Of a stretch of 64,000 nucleotides of DNA, positions 62,706 to 64,000 are shown piece by piece. Origin of the DNA: an uncultured Chloroflexia bacterium (lineage in GTDB: Bacteria > Chloroflexota > Dehalococcoidia > Dehalococcoidales > RBG-16-60-22). The notes under the pieces were generated by a model. That model was not told the origin of the DNA, did no database searches, and saw nothing but the letters and a program-made list of their open reading frames with translations. Within the stretch, counting starts at the first letter, position 1; every line of letters begins with the position of its first letter. The stretch spans positions 1,162,519 to 1,226,518 of the forward strand of contig CAWCLJ010000004.1 in the NCBI GenBank assembly GCA_963796365.1. Direction: 5' to 3'. Position numbers and translations under genes: made by a program.

Positions 62706-63796
62706 AAGACCTAATGTACATTCCGGGCTATATGTCAACCAATCTCAAATTTCCAATTGTACAAAACTAAAATCCGAAAAAGTCTCAATAACAAAGACCA
62801 TCAAAAAATGCACTCGTCTTATTTAAAAGCATTCATGATCTCGACAATGCTCTTTTATATGTAATACCACTATATATATGAAATACCATATATTGGTACC
62901 TTTATATGAAATTTCCTGTAATCATTAATCAAGTGAGTGTATTTACCTTATCCCCTATGGCCCCCTTTTCCCTTCTTTTACAAAACAAATGGGCGAAGAA
63001 GACTCAGGACAAACTACAATCCAAATTTACAAGTATATCTATCATTCTATTTAAACGCTTGCTACCCCTTATAAAATCCTTCTACAGGGCTTCTCGTAAT
63101 CATTTAAAACACCAACTACATTCTAAACATTTAAATTTTTTCCAATACTTCAAAACTTCCCAAGAAATTTATCCAAAAAAACATGACTTTATTGACCTTT
63201 TTACCCCCTTCTTTTATCCTTTTTTTATACCCTCTGTGACATTTTTGATACTATTAATCAAGGGGCACTCCGGTGCGGCTGGGGCCGCTGCCGGAGTGGC
63301 GCCGACCATCCGAAACCGTCACCGCCTTTTTATTCTTTTTATATAAACTTTTTTTTACCTGCCAATCATTGCAAGACTTAATCAAGACGGCTATCAAAAT
63401 CAACATACTATTTTCAAACCTGAGAGAATTAATATACGTAGTCAAGTAATATAGTCGGCAGGCTTTCGGCCTCGGCGCCGACCGAGTCATCAAAGCCTTT
63501 CTCCAATCTTTTCTCAAACCGTCACTACACAACATATAATCAAAAAAAAGAGGGACTTATACACTAAACGTATAAATCCCTCTGAAATGCCAACCTTTAA
63601 CTAAAAGGCCATGTGTGTTAAGGTTCTCGCACACATTAAATGGCGTGATACTTCAAAACTGATGCGCATTAGTTTTATACCAGTACCGCAACCCTTACAT
63701 ATTAACTTTTTATGATACCCTCCATGATGTCAACTAAATCATACTTTTTATGTAAAAGTTTATCGATATCATTACATTCTAACTGCTAAAAAATTT

Positions 63797-64000
63797 TCAC
63801 TTTTCTTCCATTATCTTCTCTATCCTCACAATCAATATAGACAATACAATTGTGTAAATACCGATCAACATTAATAATATTGGTCTGTCTATATAAGGAA
63901 ACACATAATTTTTTATCAAAATCCAATTCTTAATAAAGTCAAATACACCTGAAAGAGTAATAATAGCTCCTAATGCAATTCCAACTTTAGCATTATTCTC
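63797..64000 (-). CDS. C-terminal part of a hydrophobic protein, 5' end outside the window
   Basis: Open frame from the window edge reads '..IALGAIITLSGVFDFIKNWILIKNYVFPYIDRPILLMLIGIYTIVLSILIVRIEKIMEEK*'. AT-rich. No family recognised. Confidence 0.35.
   Translation of the reverse strand, partial: ENNAKVGIALGAIITLSGVFDFIKNWILIKNYVFPYIDRPILLMLIGIYTIVLSILIVRIEKIMEEK

Noticed and set aside
62906-63346. 146-aa ORF in the AT-rich block.
   Set aside because: The product is low in complexity and rich in F, K and L, with no SD and no recognisable domain. An open frame of this length is expected by chance in AT-rich DNA with few stop-free constraints. Overlapping ORF 63254-63535 is equally unconvincing.

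Overview
The gene content and order (clpC, radA, ispD, ispF, cysS, secG, gatB, DUF5679, remA-gmk) suggest a Chloroflexota/Dehalococcoidia-like chromosome, but this assignment is inference only. About 60 CDSs can be supported, most of them housekeeping or stress genes. The accessory content falls into eight groups. (1) An AT-rich single-gene island at 4993-6672 encodes an ABC-ATPase fused to a TOPRIM/DUF4435-like domain (OLD- or fused-PARIS-like defence candidate). It lies next to an intact IS256 element with an 8-bp target duplication, a truncated aldo-keto reductase, and a promoter-driven 48-bp tandem repeat array. (2) A heliorhodopsin sits directly downstream of katG and bfr, with a divergent marR. 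(3) An OYE-type flavin/Fe-S reductase is tightly coupled to three paralogous metal-cupin genes, and a possible fragment of a fourth lies downstream. (4) gatB carries about nine clustered frameshifts and abuts a promoter-bearing 5' fragment of tRNA-Ala(UGC), where an AT-rich block begins. (5) A 5S rRNA gene has no 23S gene next to it. (6) A complete AmmeMemoRadiSam operon is present. (7) A glycosylation cluster contains a deleted GT39 duplicate. (8) Almost every intergenic spacer is tiled with a shared set of short hairpin and microsatellite modules, and one of these appears to have disrupted hicA. No CRISPR array, cas gene or intact tRNA was seen. All homology calls come from reading motifs by eye and need profile searches to confirm.
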